This document shows positions 19,719 to 27,263 of a stretch of 27,263 bases of DNA, one piece after another. The notes beneath the pieces were generated by a model that was not told the DNA's origin, ran no database searches, and saw only the letters and a list, made by a program, of their open reading frames with translations. The DNA is taken from positions 1 through 27,263 of the forward strand of contig CAYJHX010000002.1 of NCBI GenBank assembly GCA_964369395.1. Direction: 5' to 3'. Both the position numbers and the translations under genes were made by a program. Each line of letters begins with the position of its first letter. Position 1 is the stretch's first letter. This stretch comes from an uncultured Desulfovibrionaceae bacterium. GTDB lineage: Bacteria; Desulfobacterota; Desulfovibrionia; Desulfovibrionales; Desulfovibrionaceae.

Positions 19719-21392
19719 TTAGCGTTTTTTGAGAATGTCTTTTTCCAATTGATCTAAGCTGACAGCTCTAAAATTATTATTACGCTGTGAGATGAGATGC
19801 ATATGGAAAAGAATGGTATTGTGATACAAGCTTTTGCTAAAGGAATCGTAAGCACTGGCGCTTTCTAATTCTTTTTTGACCGACTCTAGCGTGCCGTCAA
19901 CCAGCTTTGTATCCATGGTTCGAATATCGGCCAATTTGGTTTTGTAAAATTGCAAAGAAAGTTTTACGGCATTTTGGAAGTTTTCAATGGCACTTTTAGC
20001 TTTTTTAATGGATTTATCCAAGTCGTCAAATTTACTACTATTATCAGGGTCATTGCGAAGACGTTCTAAGTCGCGCAATGTGCTGGTTAGCATAATGCTA
20101 CGCAAATGTAAATTTTTTATAGCTTCCATAAGAAAGCTCATATTACGTATTTCAGAAGCCGCCGTGAGTCTTTGTTGTCTTTCAATGGCGATAAAGTTTT
20201 CTTTAAGAATATTACTCATATGCTGATAGTTTTCTCTTTCAGCATCGGTGGTAGCATTGGCTATAAGACGGTCAATTTCTTTAAGGGGATCTTTATCCTT
20301 ATTAAGGACAGCGCGAGAGGCCGTGCCGGCTTTTCCCCATTCGGCTTGTAAAATTTCTTGTCTATCGCCTCCGGGGGTATTGATGCCGGAAATGGCCAGT
20401 CGAAAGCCCATATCGCGCGAAACAACAGGGCCATCTATTTGGAAAAAAGCCACTTCCTCACGGCGCCCAGGAAGAATTTCTTCTAGACCGGAAAGATAAC
20501 TTCCCCCTTTACGCACAAAGCCACCGGCAGATCCGTGTAATCGTCCTCCCAATGAAAAACGAAAAACATCCATAACCATTTCTGCCACATTGCCAGCCGT
20601 ATCGTATATACCTAGTTTGTTGGCTTTGCGTGAACCAATGCGGGCGGTGTCTTCTTCAATACGAGTAGCATTTTCGGGACGAAATACAGCATAATCCGTA
20701 TAGTTTTCTCCGGGATTAACAAGGGGAAATTCTTCTAAAAATTGCTGACTGGTAATGGCTTGACCACCTCTAGCCGCGTATTCCCACTCGATTTCTGTAG
20801 GAAGGCGTATATAGCCCACATTGCGATTATCACCTTGATAATGCGGAAGATTTTCTGGGGCGTTCTCTAAAAGCCATGCTGTGTATTTTTTGGTGAATTC
20901 AGTAGCGTCGTACCATGAAATATGCTTTTGTGGACGTATATTTTCTGCGGTGGGGGCAGGGCATTGTCCCGACATAATAGATTCATACTGTAAGGCAGTT
21001 ACTTCGTATTTTCCAATAAGATAGTAGTAAAAATCTCCTGTAGGGGCTTTGTCACGCCAGGGCTTTGGTAAATCCTTTTTAGAAAAAGGTGCTGCTAAAC
21101 TGGCAGTATACCGACTGTCGTAGTAGGCGCGGTCATCACTTTTAGCATTGTCGTGCCCAAAACGCGTGCTTAAATCCCATAAAAAACCTTGAGCCGGTAC
21201 ACCAACAATTTTAAAAACCATAGAAAGGTCACAAGGCATGGGTAAGACCACGTCGGCAGAGTCTGGTTTGGGATTATAGGCCTCTGTAATTGTAGCATTT
21301 CCTTTAGCAGCTAAGGCAGCATGGGCTTTAGGGCTAGGCAGGCAAAGGAATAGGCTTAAAAAAATACAACCGATTGTAGTATTAGATATCAC
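19719..21392 (-). CDS. Exported FGE-sulfatase/SUMF1-domain protein, TagR-like
   Basis: Signal peptide (…KAHA), YNPKP…LPMPC…MVF, KYEVT, RLPTEIEWEYAARGG, GNVAEM, GFRL, helical C-terminal tail. GTG start with GAGGTG RBS, overlapping the permease stop. Confidence 0.85.
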   Translation of the reverse strand: MISNTTIGCIFLSLFLCLPSPKAHAALAAKGNATITEAYNPKPDSADVVLPMPCDLSMVFKIVGVPAQGFLWDLSTRFGHDNAKSDDRAYYDSRYTASLAAPFSKKDLPKPWRDKAPTGDFYYYLIGKYEVTALQYESIMSGQCPAPTAENIRPQKHISWYDATEFTKKYTAWLLENAPENLPHYQGDNRNVGYIRLPTEIEWEYAARGGQAITSQQFLEEFPLVNPGENYTDYAVFRPENATRIEEDTARIGSRKANKLGIYDTAGNVAEMVMDVFRFSLGGRLHGSAGGFVRKGGSYLSGLEEILPGRREEVAFFQIDGPVVSRDMGFRLAISGINTPGGDRQEILQAEWGKAGTASRAVLNKDKDPLKEIDRLIANATTDAERENYQHMSNILKENFIAIERQQRLTAASEIRNMSFLMEAIKNLHLRSIMLTSTLRDLERLRNDPDNSSKFDDLDKSIKKAKSAIENFQNAVKLSLQFYKTKLADIRTMDTKLVDGTLESVKKELESASAYDSFSKSLYHNTILFHMHLISQRNNNFRAVSLDQLEKDILKKR

Positions 21393-22644
21393 GAATCACC
21401 TCGGAAGGTATTATTTTCGCAGCCTTGGTAGCAGGAATAAATGTAGCACACAAAGAAAGGCAAAGCACGATACCAAAACCAAGGAAGAAATGTTCCGGCG
21501 GAAGAGAGCAAATTTTTTCTGTTGTATTTTGTAAGCTCGTATTAAAGAGATAATCAATAAAATACGCCGCAATGGCGTAAAGAATGCCTGCTGTCAGAGA
21601 GCCCAAAGTTGCAGTTAAAAAAGATTGAAAGAGCGGAAAAGCCATAATGTCTTTACCTGTGTAGCCAATAAGGCGCAAAATCCCCAGATAGCGCTCTTTA
21701 CGGCGCACAGCGGCAAGGGCGTGACTGGCTGTAGAAGCCAGAAAACCTAGAGCTGCGGTAAAACCAATAAGGCCAAAAATAAGATTTAGCGATGTATTTA
21801 GAGCTTGAACGGCAGCAATTTCTTCAGCTTTTGTGTAAACATCAATGGCTTTTGTGGCAAAAAACTCTCGTAGGGTTGTTACACCGTTAAGATTTTTCGC
21901 ATATAAGCGAAAGGAGGCATAGATACGCTCAGTACTTGGAGCATCATCTCCAGTCCAGCCTGCATTTTCTTGTAAACGGGCATCGCTTTTGGGTTTGCGC
22001 CCATCACGAAAATCTTCAGTAGCTTCCAATAAATTCAAAGGAATAAAGGCCACTTCTTGTTGTTGTATTTCTAAGGGTAAAATAGCTTGCACCCAAAGAA
22101 TGGCATGGGCGCGTTCTATCTTTCCTTTATGAGTTCTTTCCACATACCCTTGAAGTACAGAGAAGGGCTTAGCAGAGATTCTGCGTGCTGCTTCGGCAGA
22201 AAGCGTGATGGCAAAAGTGTTTTCTGGTTGCTTTTCCTTTTGTGTCACACTTGCTGTAAGGTAAGGAGCTAGCAGCGTGTCCCCTTGGGCTGTGGGCTCT
22301 AAAGAAACTGTAATGCGTTTAAAAGAGCTGGTTTCTCCTTGTAGAGAAATATCCATGGTGGCAGAAATAGAGCGCGTTTTAGGCAAAATAAATCCAACAT
22401 GCGGATTTTTTTGCATGTCTTCAATCCATGTCTTGGTGTAATGCCCGCTAGATACGGGAATAATTTCAAGATTGTGCGGATTATTTTGTAAACGATCGGT
22501 CATGGTGCTTATAATGCCAAATTTAACCCCATAAAGCACCAATAAAGGCGTAAGCACAGCGGCCAGAGAAAGCACAGCGCAGGCAGAAAGAAGAGTTTCG
22601 TGATAATAATCTTTGGCGGCAAGGACGCAAGATTTAATGAACAT
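21382..22644 (-). CDS. ABC transporter permease (FtsX/LolE-like), TagS-like
   Basis: N-terminal DYYHETLLSACAVLSLAAVLTPLLVLYGVKFG, large periplasmic loop, YASFRLYA, VRRK…LGILRLIG, three C-terminal TMs. Start reassigned to ATG 22644 (TAATG overlap with the ATPase stop, GAGGA RBS). Confidence 0.87.
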   Translation of the reverse strand: MFIKSCVLAAKDYYHETLLSACAVLSLAAVLTPLLVLYGVKFGIISTMTDRLQNNPHNLEIIPVSSGHYTKTWIEDMQKNPHVGFILPKTRSISATMDISLQGETSSFKRITVSLEPTAQGDTLLAPYLTASVTQKEKQPENTFAITLSAEAARRISAKPFSVLQGYVERTHKGKIERAHAILWVQAILPLEIQQQEVAFIPLNLLEATEDFRDGRKPKSDARLQENAGWTGDDAPSTERIYASFRLYAKNLNGVTTLREFFATKAIDVYTKAEEIAAVQALNTSLNLIFGLIGFTAALGFLASTASHALAAVRRKERYLGILRLIGYTGKDIMAFPLFQSFLTATLGSLTAGILYAIAAYFIDYLFNTSLQNTTEKICSLPPEHFFLGFGIVLCLSLCATFIPATKAAKIIPSEVIRDI

Positions 22645-23525
22645 TAGTTGTCCTCGTCTGTGTCGTTTAATGTTGCTTGTTTTTGAGAAGCCTTGTGCGT
22701 ATTTGCTTGGGCATTTTGGCGCAACTCTTGATGCGAGCCGTATTCGCCGCAAGTACCTACGGGGCTGTCTTTTGCCTGTTTTGTGTCAGATGGCATATGC
22801 ATATGAGAAAATATTTGCCCCTCTTGTCGTGAAATAGTTGCTTCCACTAAGCGAAAACCCGCGGCCTTAGCCATAGTAGGGGAGTGACTGACCATAACCA
22901 CACTGATGTTTTTTTCTTTGGCTTGTTGGATGAACAGTTCAAGGACCAATTGTGCATTGTAGGGGTCTAGAGAAGCTACAGGCTCGTCGGCAAGGATAAG
23001 TTGTGGCTTGTGGATGAGAGCGCGAGCAATGGCAAAGCGTTGACGTTCGCCCACAGACATTTGTGCAGGCTTTTTACGTAAAAGGTGTGTTATGTCTAGT
23101 TGTTGTGCCATGCTATCTACAGCATCTTGTAGGGCTTCTTGTTCTGTGTTGGATGTACAAGAAAGCATAATATTGTCGTATCCACTAAGAAAGGGCAATA
23201 GCCCTCCAGTTTGTAAAATATAACCAATGTATTTTTGGCGTACATGGGATAAGGTGTTTATTTTATCTTTTTTCCATAAGGATAAAATATCAAAAGCTTC
23301 TTCTTCCGGATGAAAGACAAACTCGCTGTCGTGTACTGTTTGCGGTTCAAGGGCTGTAGAAATAATATCAAGGGCTGTACTTTTGCCGCAACCGCTAGGG
23401 CCCACTAAGGCTACCAATTCGCCATGTCGCACATAAAAATTTTCCATATACAAAGAAAAACTTTCGTTTTGTCCATGATTTTTATGTAAGTTTTTTATGT
23501 GTATAATATGTGATGAGGAAATCAT
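22644..23525 (-). CDS. ABC transporter ATP-binding protein (LolD-like), TagT-like
   Basis: Walker A GPSGCGKST, IGYILQTGGLLPFL, variant signature MSVGERQR, ILADEP, VSH. Confidence 0.9.
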   Translation of the reverse strand: MISSSHIIHIKNLHKNHGQNESFSLYMENFYVRHGELVALVGPSGCGKSTALDIISTALEPQTVHDSEFVFHPEEEAFDILSLWKKDKINTLSHVRQKYIGYILQTGGLLPFLSGYDNIMLSCTSNTEQEALQDAVDSMAQQLDITHLLRKKPAQMSVGERQRFAIARALIHKPQLILADEPVASLDPYNAQLVLELFIQQAKEKNISVVMVSHSPTMAKAAGFRLVEATISRQEGQIFSHMHMPSDTKQAKDSPVGTCGEYGSHQELRQNAQANTHKASQKQATLNDTDEDN

Positions 23526-23574
23526 GATGTGTTATTGTCCTGTATTTACTGTATGTATCTGAAAATATCCACAT

Positions 23575-23603
23575 AAGTTAGCGAAAGGGACGTAACCTGT
23601 CAA
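23575..23603 (-). promoter_or_regulatory. Sigma-70 promoter for the tagT-tagS-tagR-like operon
   Basis: Minus-strand TTGACA (23603-23598), 17-bp spacer, TAACTT (23580-23575), about 50 bp upstream of the ATPase start. Confidence 0.6.
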
Positions 23604-23717
23604 TCAAATCCTCAGTAGGAAAGCACACTCACGTTGTGGGGTACCATTCTTTTTGGAAGGGGAGGGAGGACTTCGTCATTTTATTGAAAGAAAGAATTTT
23701 TACTTATATTTTGCGAT

Positions 23718-23750
23718 AAAAAAAGAGCCCTATATTGCTATAGAGCTCTT
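23718..23750 (-). terminator. Intrinsic terminator of ald
   Basis: Minus strand AAGAGCTCTATA-GCAA-TATAGGGCTCTT (one G-U pair) followed by a T-tract, ~22 bp after the ald stop. Confidence 0.85.
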
Positions 23751-23772
23751 AAAATACATATAAAACTATGCT

Positions 23773-24891
23773 TTAGTTTAAGATGTTAGCAACATCAACA
23801 TATTCAAGGTCAAAAGCTTGTGCTACGGCTTCGTAGGTGCATTTACCTTCTACAGTATTTAGGCCACGAGCTAAGGCTATGTCCTTTTTGCAGGCTTCTT
23901 TCCAACCTTTATTAGCCAATTGTACAGCGTAAGGCATGGTTACATTTGTTAAAGCAAAGGTTGAAGTTCTGGGCATGGCACCGGGCATATTAGCTACAGA
24001 ATAGTGCACTACGTCATGGCAAACATACGTAGGATCCATATGGGTAGTAATACGATCAATGGTAGCCACAGAGCCGCCTTGGTCAATGGCAACGTCTACA
24101 ATGGCAGCGCCAGGTTTCATGTTTTTTACCATTTCTTCGCTAACAAGCTTTGGAGCTTTGGCACCAGGAATAAGCACAGCGCCTACCAGTAAGTCGCACT
24201 CGGCAGTAGCCATGGCAATGTTATGGCTGTTAGAAGCCATAGTGGTAACCTTCATGGAGAAAATATCGTCTAACTGACGTAAACGATCGATATTGTTGTC
24301 AAGAATTGTTACTTGAGCGCCAAGTCCAAGAGCCATTTTTGCCGCATTGGTGCCCACAATACCGCCACCAATGATGGCAACTTTCGCAGCAGGAACACCA
24401 GGTACGCCACCAAGCAACATGCCGCAACCGCCATGATGTTTAGCAAGGACGTTGGCGCCCACGATAACAGACATACGTCCTGCTACTTCAGACATGGGGG
24501 CGAGCAAGGGGAGGGAACCGTTTAAAGGTTGTACCGTCTCGTAAGCTATGCCCACAACACCTTTTTCTAACAGAGCTTTGGTTAAAGACTCTTCGGCAGC
24601 AAGGTGCAAGTAGGTAAAGAGCAATAAATCTTTACGGAAATATTGATATTCAGAAGGAAGTGGTTCTTTAACTTTAATAATCATTTCTGCTTTAGTCCAT
24701 ACATCTGCAGCAGAAGGGAGCATTTCAGCGCCAGCGGCAACATATTCGGCGTCGGTAATCATGCTACCAAGGCCAGCACCAGCTTCAATATATACGGTAT
24801 GACCGTTTTGTTTTAAGCTGGTAACACCAGCAGGAGTGATGGCTACGCGATTTTCGTTAGCTTTTATTTCTTTTGGTACACCAATAATCAT
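23773..24891 (-). CDS. ald: Alanine dehydrogenase
   Basis: [10 protein letters not shown]…[48 protein letters not shown]; 372 aa. Confidence 0.97.
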   Translation of the reverse strand: MIIGVPKEIKANENRVAITPAGVTSLKQNGHTVYIEAGAGLGSMITDAEYVAAGAEMLPSAADVWTKAEMIIKVKEPLPSEYQYFRKDLLLFTYLHLAAEESLTKALLEKGVVGIAYETVQPLNGSLPLLAPMSEVAGRMSVIVGANVLAKHHGGCGMLLGGVPGVPAAKVAIIGGGIVGTNAAKMALGLGAQVTILDNNIDRLRQLDDIFSMKVTTMASNSHNIAMATAECDLLVGAVLIPGAKAPKLVSEEMVKNMKPGAAIVDVAIDQGGSVATIDRITTHMDPTYVCHDVVHYSVANMPGAMPRTSTFALTNVTMPYAVQLANKGWKEACKKDIALARGLNTVEGKCTYEAVAQAFDLEYVDVANILN

Positions 24892-25212
24892 TGTAATTCT
24901 CCTAATTCATAGTTAAAAAAAAGAAAACCGTTAAAAGTTACTTCAAATTTGCGTGTTCAAAATACGCAAGCCTTCCTCTGAATGCAAGTACAAAATGTAA
25001 AGAAATTTCATTTTATGCTGCCAGATAGCTTTTTATGAAAATTACTGAGTGTTTTAGAGAGTTTTTTCGATAAATTCCATAAGTGAAGGTGAATAAGGGA
25101 GCATTTTTATACTGTTGAGAGAGTATACTAACAGGCTTTTGAAAAAGTGTAATCTACGTCGACAGAAATTTTTTGAAGTAGACTTTTTAATAGTTTGTTA
25201 AAGTTTATATTT

Positions 25213-25242
25213 CCCGAAAATCCTTTTTTAAGGATTTTCGGG
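25213..25242. terminator. 13-bp stem-loop downstream of proC (terminator or 3' stabilising hairpin)
   Basis: CCCGAAAATCCTT-tttt-AAGGATTTTCGGG. No U-tract on the minus strand. Confidence 0.5.
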
Positions 25243-25273
25243 CTTTGTAAGATAAATGTATTTTAACAATAAC

Positions 25274-26080
25274 CTAATCTTCCATTTCTTTACCGCGTGC
25301 ATTGGCGGCTAAAACAGCATCAACAATATGTCCATTCACAGCCGTACGTTCCATATAGTTAACTCCGGCAATGGTAAGTCCAGCAGGAGAGCACACATTA
25401 TCACGTAATTCCGTCAAGTTTTGTACAGAAGCTTTGGCCATGCGTACTGATCCATCAAAGAGTTGTTCTACCATAGTGCGTGACTCTTCCCTAGAAAAGC
25501 CTAAGGTAACCCCCGCTTGCACGAGAGCATTCATAAGATGAAAGGCGTATGCAGGCCCCGCTCCTATAAAAGCACTAAAAGCAGTAAATTTTTCTTCGGG
25601 TAATTCCATGCACATGCCAATATTTTTGAAAAGAGAAAAAATCATATCTTTTCTCTTTTCATCTAAAGCTGGGTCTTCGCAACAAAAAGCGAAAATTCCT
25701 GCACTTACTAGGGCAGGGGTATTAGGCATGCAACGCACCACGGCGCATTTGCCTTGGACACCCTGTTGCAATGTTTTCATACTTATTCCGGCAGCTACAG
25801 AAATAATAGTCTTATCCGCAGTAAGTAGAGGAGCGATTTGTCCCAAGATTTTTTCTACAAGGTAGGGCTTAATAGCAAGGATGATAGTACTGGAGTTGAT
25901 GACAAGATGTTCTATATCTTTTGCAGCTTCAATCCCAGTGGCCTGCAAGGGGGCAAGGTTTTCTGCTTTGGGATCATAGCCCATAAGCGAAAGGGAGTCG
26001 TTTTTACTAAGACCGCCCAAAATTGCAGCGCCCATGTTTCCGCAACCAATGCAACCAAGGGTAAGATTCTCAATATTCAT
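25274..26080 (-). CDS. proC: Pyrroline-5-carboxylate reductase
   Basis: GCIGCGNMG, LAIKP, ISVAAG, RCMPNTP, GAGPAY, VCSPAGLT. Confidence 0.96.
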   Translation of the reverse strand: MNIENLTLGCIGCGNMGAAILGGLSKNDSLSLMGYDPKAENLAPLQATGIEAAKDIEHLVINSSTIILAIKPYLVEKILGQIAPLLTADKTIISVAAGISMKTLQQGVQGKCAVVRCMPNTPALVSAGIFAFCCEDPALDEKRKDMIFSLFKNIGMCMELPEEKFTAFSAFIGAGPAYAFHLMNALVQAGVTLGFSREESRTMVEQLFDGSVRMAKASVQNLTELRDNVCSPAGLTIAGVNYMERTAVNGHIVDAVLAANARGKEMED

Positions 26081-26496
26081 TAGCCAACTATCTCCAATCC
26101 ACTAAAAAAGTAGGATATTTCAAATGCGGCAGTCTCTTCGGCATCAGAGCCGTGCACAGAATTATGACTTTTGCTGAGGGCAAATTTCTTGCGAATGGTA
26201 CCTTCAGCGGCTTCATTGGGGTCTGTGGCACCCATAATTTCACGATATTTAGCAATGGCATTGTCTCCCTCAAGTACAGAGCAGACCACAGGGCCAGAAG
26301 TCATATATTCTGTTAAGTCATTATAAAAAGGTCTTTCTTTATGTACGGCATAAAATGCTTCAGCTTGAGCTTTGGTCATATGAATCATTTTCATAGCTAC
26401 AATACGCAAGCCTGCAGCTTGAATATGAGCAAGGATTTCACCACTTAAGTTGCGTTCTACAGCATCAGGTTTTACAATTGAAAAGGTACGTTGCAT
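26080..26496 (-). CDS. ndk: Nucleoside diphosphate kinase
   Basis: [26 protein letters not shown]…GTIR, catalytic NSVHGSD. Start reassigned to ATG 26496 (GGAGG RBS). TAATG overlap with proC. Confidence 0.97.
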   Translation of the reverse strand: MQRTFSIVKPDAVERNLSGEILAHIQAAGLRIVAMKMIHMTKAQAEAFYAVHKERPFYNDLTEYMTSGPVVCSVLEGDNAIAKYREIMGATDPNEAAEGTIRKKFALSKSHNSVHGSDAEETAAFEISYFFSGLEIVG

Positions 26497-26784
26497 ATTT
26501 CCTCCAGCACGTAATGTTGTTTTTATGACACAAGGAAGGTGCATTATTGCACATCTCTGTTGCAGATTCTAGCATTTTTAGCTTTTGAATTCAAAGTGAA
26601 ACTTATTTTTTTTATTTATTTTCTATAATGCTGAAATTAATTGATTTTTCTGTACTAACCTCTCATGAAAACCCAAAAATAGAAAAAATCAATGCTTAAG
26701 TGTTCTGTTTTGTAATGCTTTAAAAAAAGACGCATGATTCGTATGGTGCTTTTCAGTTGAAATAGCGCCTTCATACTAACTGTG

Positions 26785-27263
26785 ACAAAAAAGTTTCAAA
26801 AAAGTGAAATTTCTGCTTGACGGCAGGCTCACTTTCGTACATATTCCCGTTCCGCCGTTGAGAGGAACTCGAAGCGGCACGCTGCGCCAACAGCCGAGAG
26901 CCATTTCTTAGTTGAGATTTTCAATATAAGGATAGCGCACAGGAAAAGCAAAATGGCCAGCTTGAGAGGCTTTAAAAAAAGTTTAAAAGCTGAAAAAAAA
27001 GTTGTTGACATGTTCGGCGACTTGAGGCAGATTGCCTCTCCGCCCGAAAGGGTAAAAGTTGCTCAAAGCAACTGGAATTTTTCATGAAAGTTTCGAAAGG
27101 AACTTCTGAAAAAAAGAAAAAAAGTTGTTGACAAAGAAAACGACTTGAGGCAGATTGCCTCTCCGCGCTTCGGAATACGAAGGTGGCGGTTGCGGAAAGA
27201 ATAGCGGGTCTTCTGAAGAGAGGGCGCAAAAAAACTTTCCAAAATTGAAAAAAAGTTGTTGAC
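26785..27263 (+). promoter_or_regulatory. Tandem array of at least 4 sigma-70-type promoters with upstream A-tracts, probably upstream of an rRNA (stable RNA) operon
   Basis: TTGACG(26817)-17-CATATT, TTGACA(27005)-17-CAGATT, TTGACA(27128)-17-CAGATT, and TTGAC(27259, cut by window end). Each follows A-tracts, and the complete ones are followed by a GC-rich discriminator-like (T)CCGC. The downstream gene is not visible. Confidence 0.7.
26994..27263 (+). repeat. ~50-bp imperfect direct repeat AAAAAAGTTGTTGACA-N7-CGACTTGAGGCAGATTGCCTCTCCGC (two full copies and one partial)
   Basis: Copies at ~26994-27043, ~27117-27166 and 27248-27263. Spacing between the TTGAC elements is 123 and 131 bp. Confidence 0.85.

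Noticed and set aside
24949..24969. Small inverted repeat TTGCGTGTT/AATACGCAA upstream of ald
   Set aside because: Short, imperfect and single. It could be an operator but cannot be distinguished from chance.
25003..25025. Sigma-54 promoter for ald (minus-strand TGGCAG…)
   Set aside because: There is no GC at the -12 position: GG-N10 is followed by TG.
1233..26083. Numerous 60-135-aa ORFs antisense to or nested within long genes
   Set aside because: They are shadow ORFs of well-supported CDSs with no motifs of their own.
26829..27229. Minus-strand 60- and 85-aa ORFs containing a repeated RAERQSASSR peptide
   Set aside because: These are translation artefacts of the repeated promoter unit and its A-tracts.
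26994..27263. CRISPR array interpretation of the spaced repeats with an internal palindrome
   Set aside because: The units are ~50 bp with a variable interior and 70-80-bp gaps, they match -35/17/-10 promoter geometry exactly, and no cas genes are present.

Overview
AT-rich bacterial chromosomal segment, tentatively a host-associated Desulfovibrionaceae-like deltaproteobacterium. That assignment is an inference from gene content and protein style only. Left to right it contains: (1) two tandem paralogous membrane Cache-GGDEF(degenerate)-EAL genes, the first truncated by the window edge; (2) a minus-strand operon of ADP-forming acyl-CoA ligase, alpha/beta-hydrolase lipoprotein and CYTH protein; (3) an SDR and a FUSC-like membrane protein; (4) a sigma-54 module made of a PAS-AAA+-HTH activator, three palindromic candidate enhancer sites, a -24/-12 promoter, an Amidohydro_3 enzyme and a BCCT transporter with an altered aromatic box; (5) a FIST protein plus soluble hybrid histidine kinase; (6) a ~350-bp intergenic stretch rich in repeats and hairpins; (7) a beta-hydroxyacid dehydrogenase downstream of a TagT-TagS-TagR-like trio, with no tagQ, ppkA or T6SS genes in the window; (8) housekeeping ald, proC and ndk; (9) at the right end, an array of at least four tandem sigma-70-like promoters resembling an rRNA operon upstream region. 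No tRNA, rRNA, transposase or CRISPR array was seen. The best candidates for an undescribed system are the orphan TagTSR module and the sigma-54 amidohydrolase/BCCT module.
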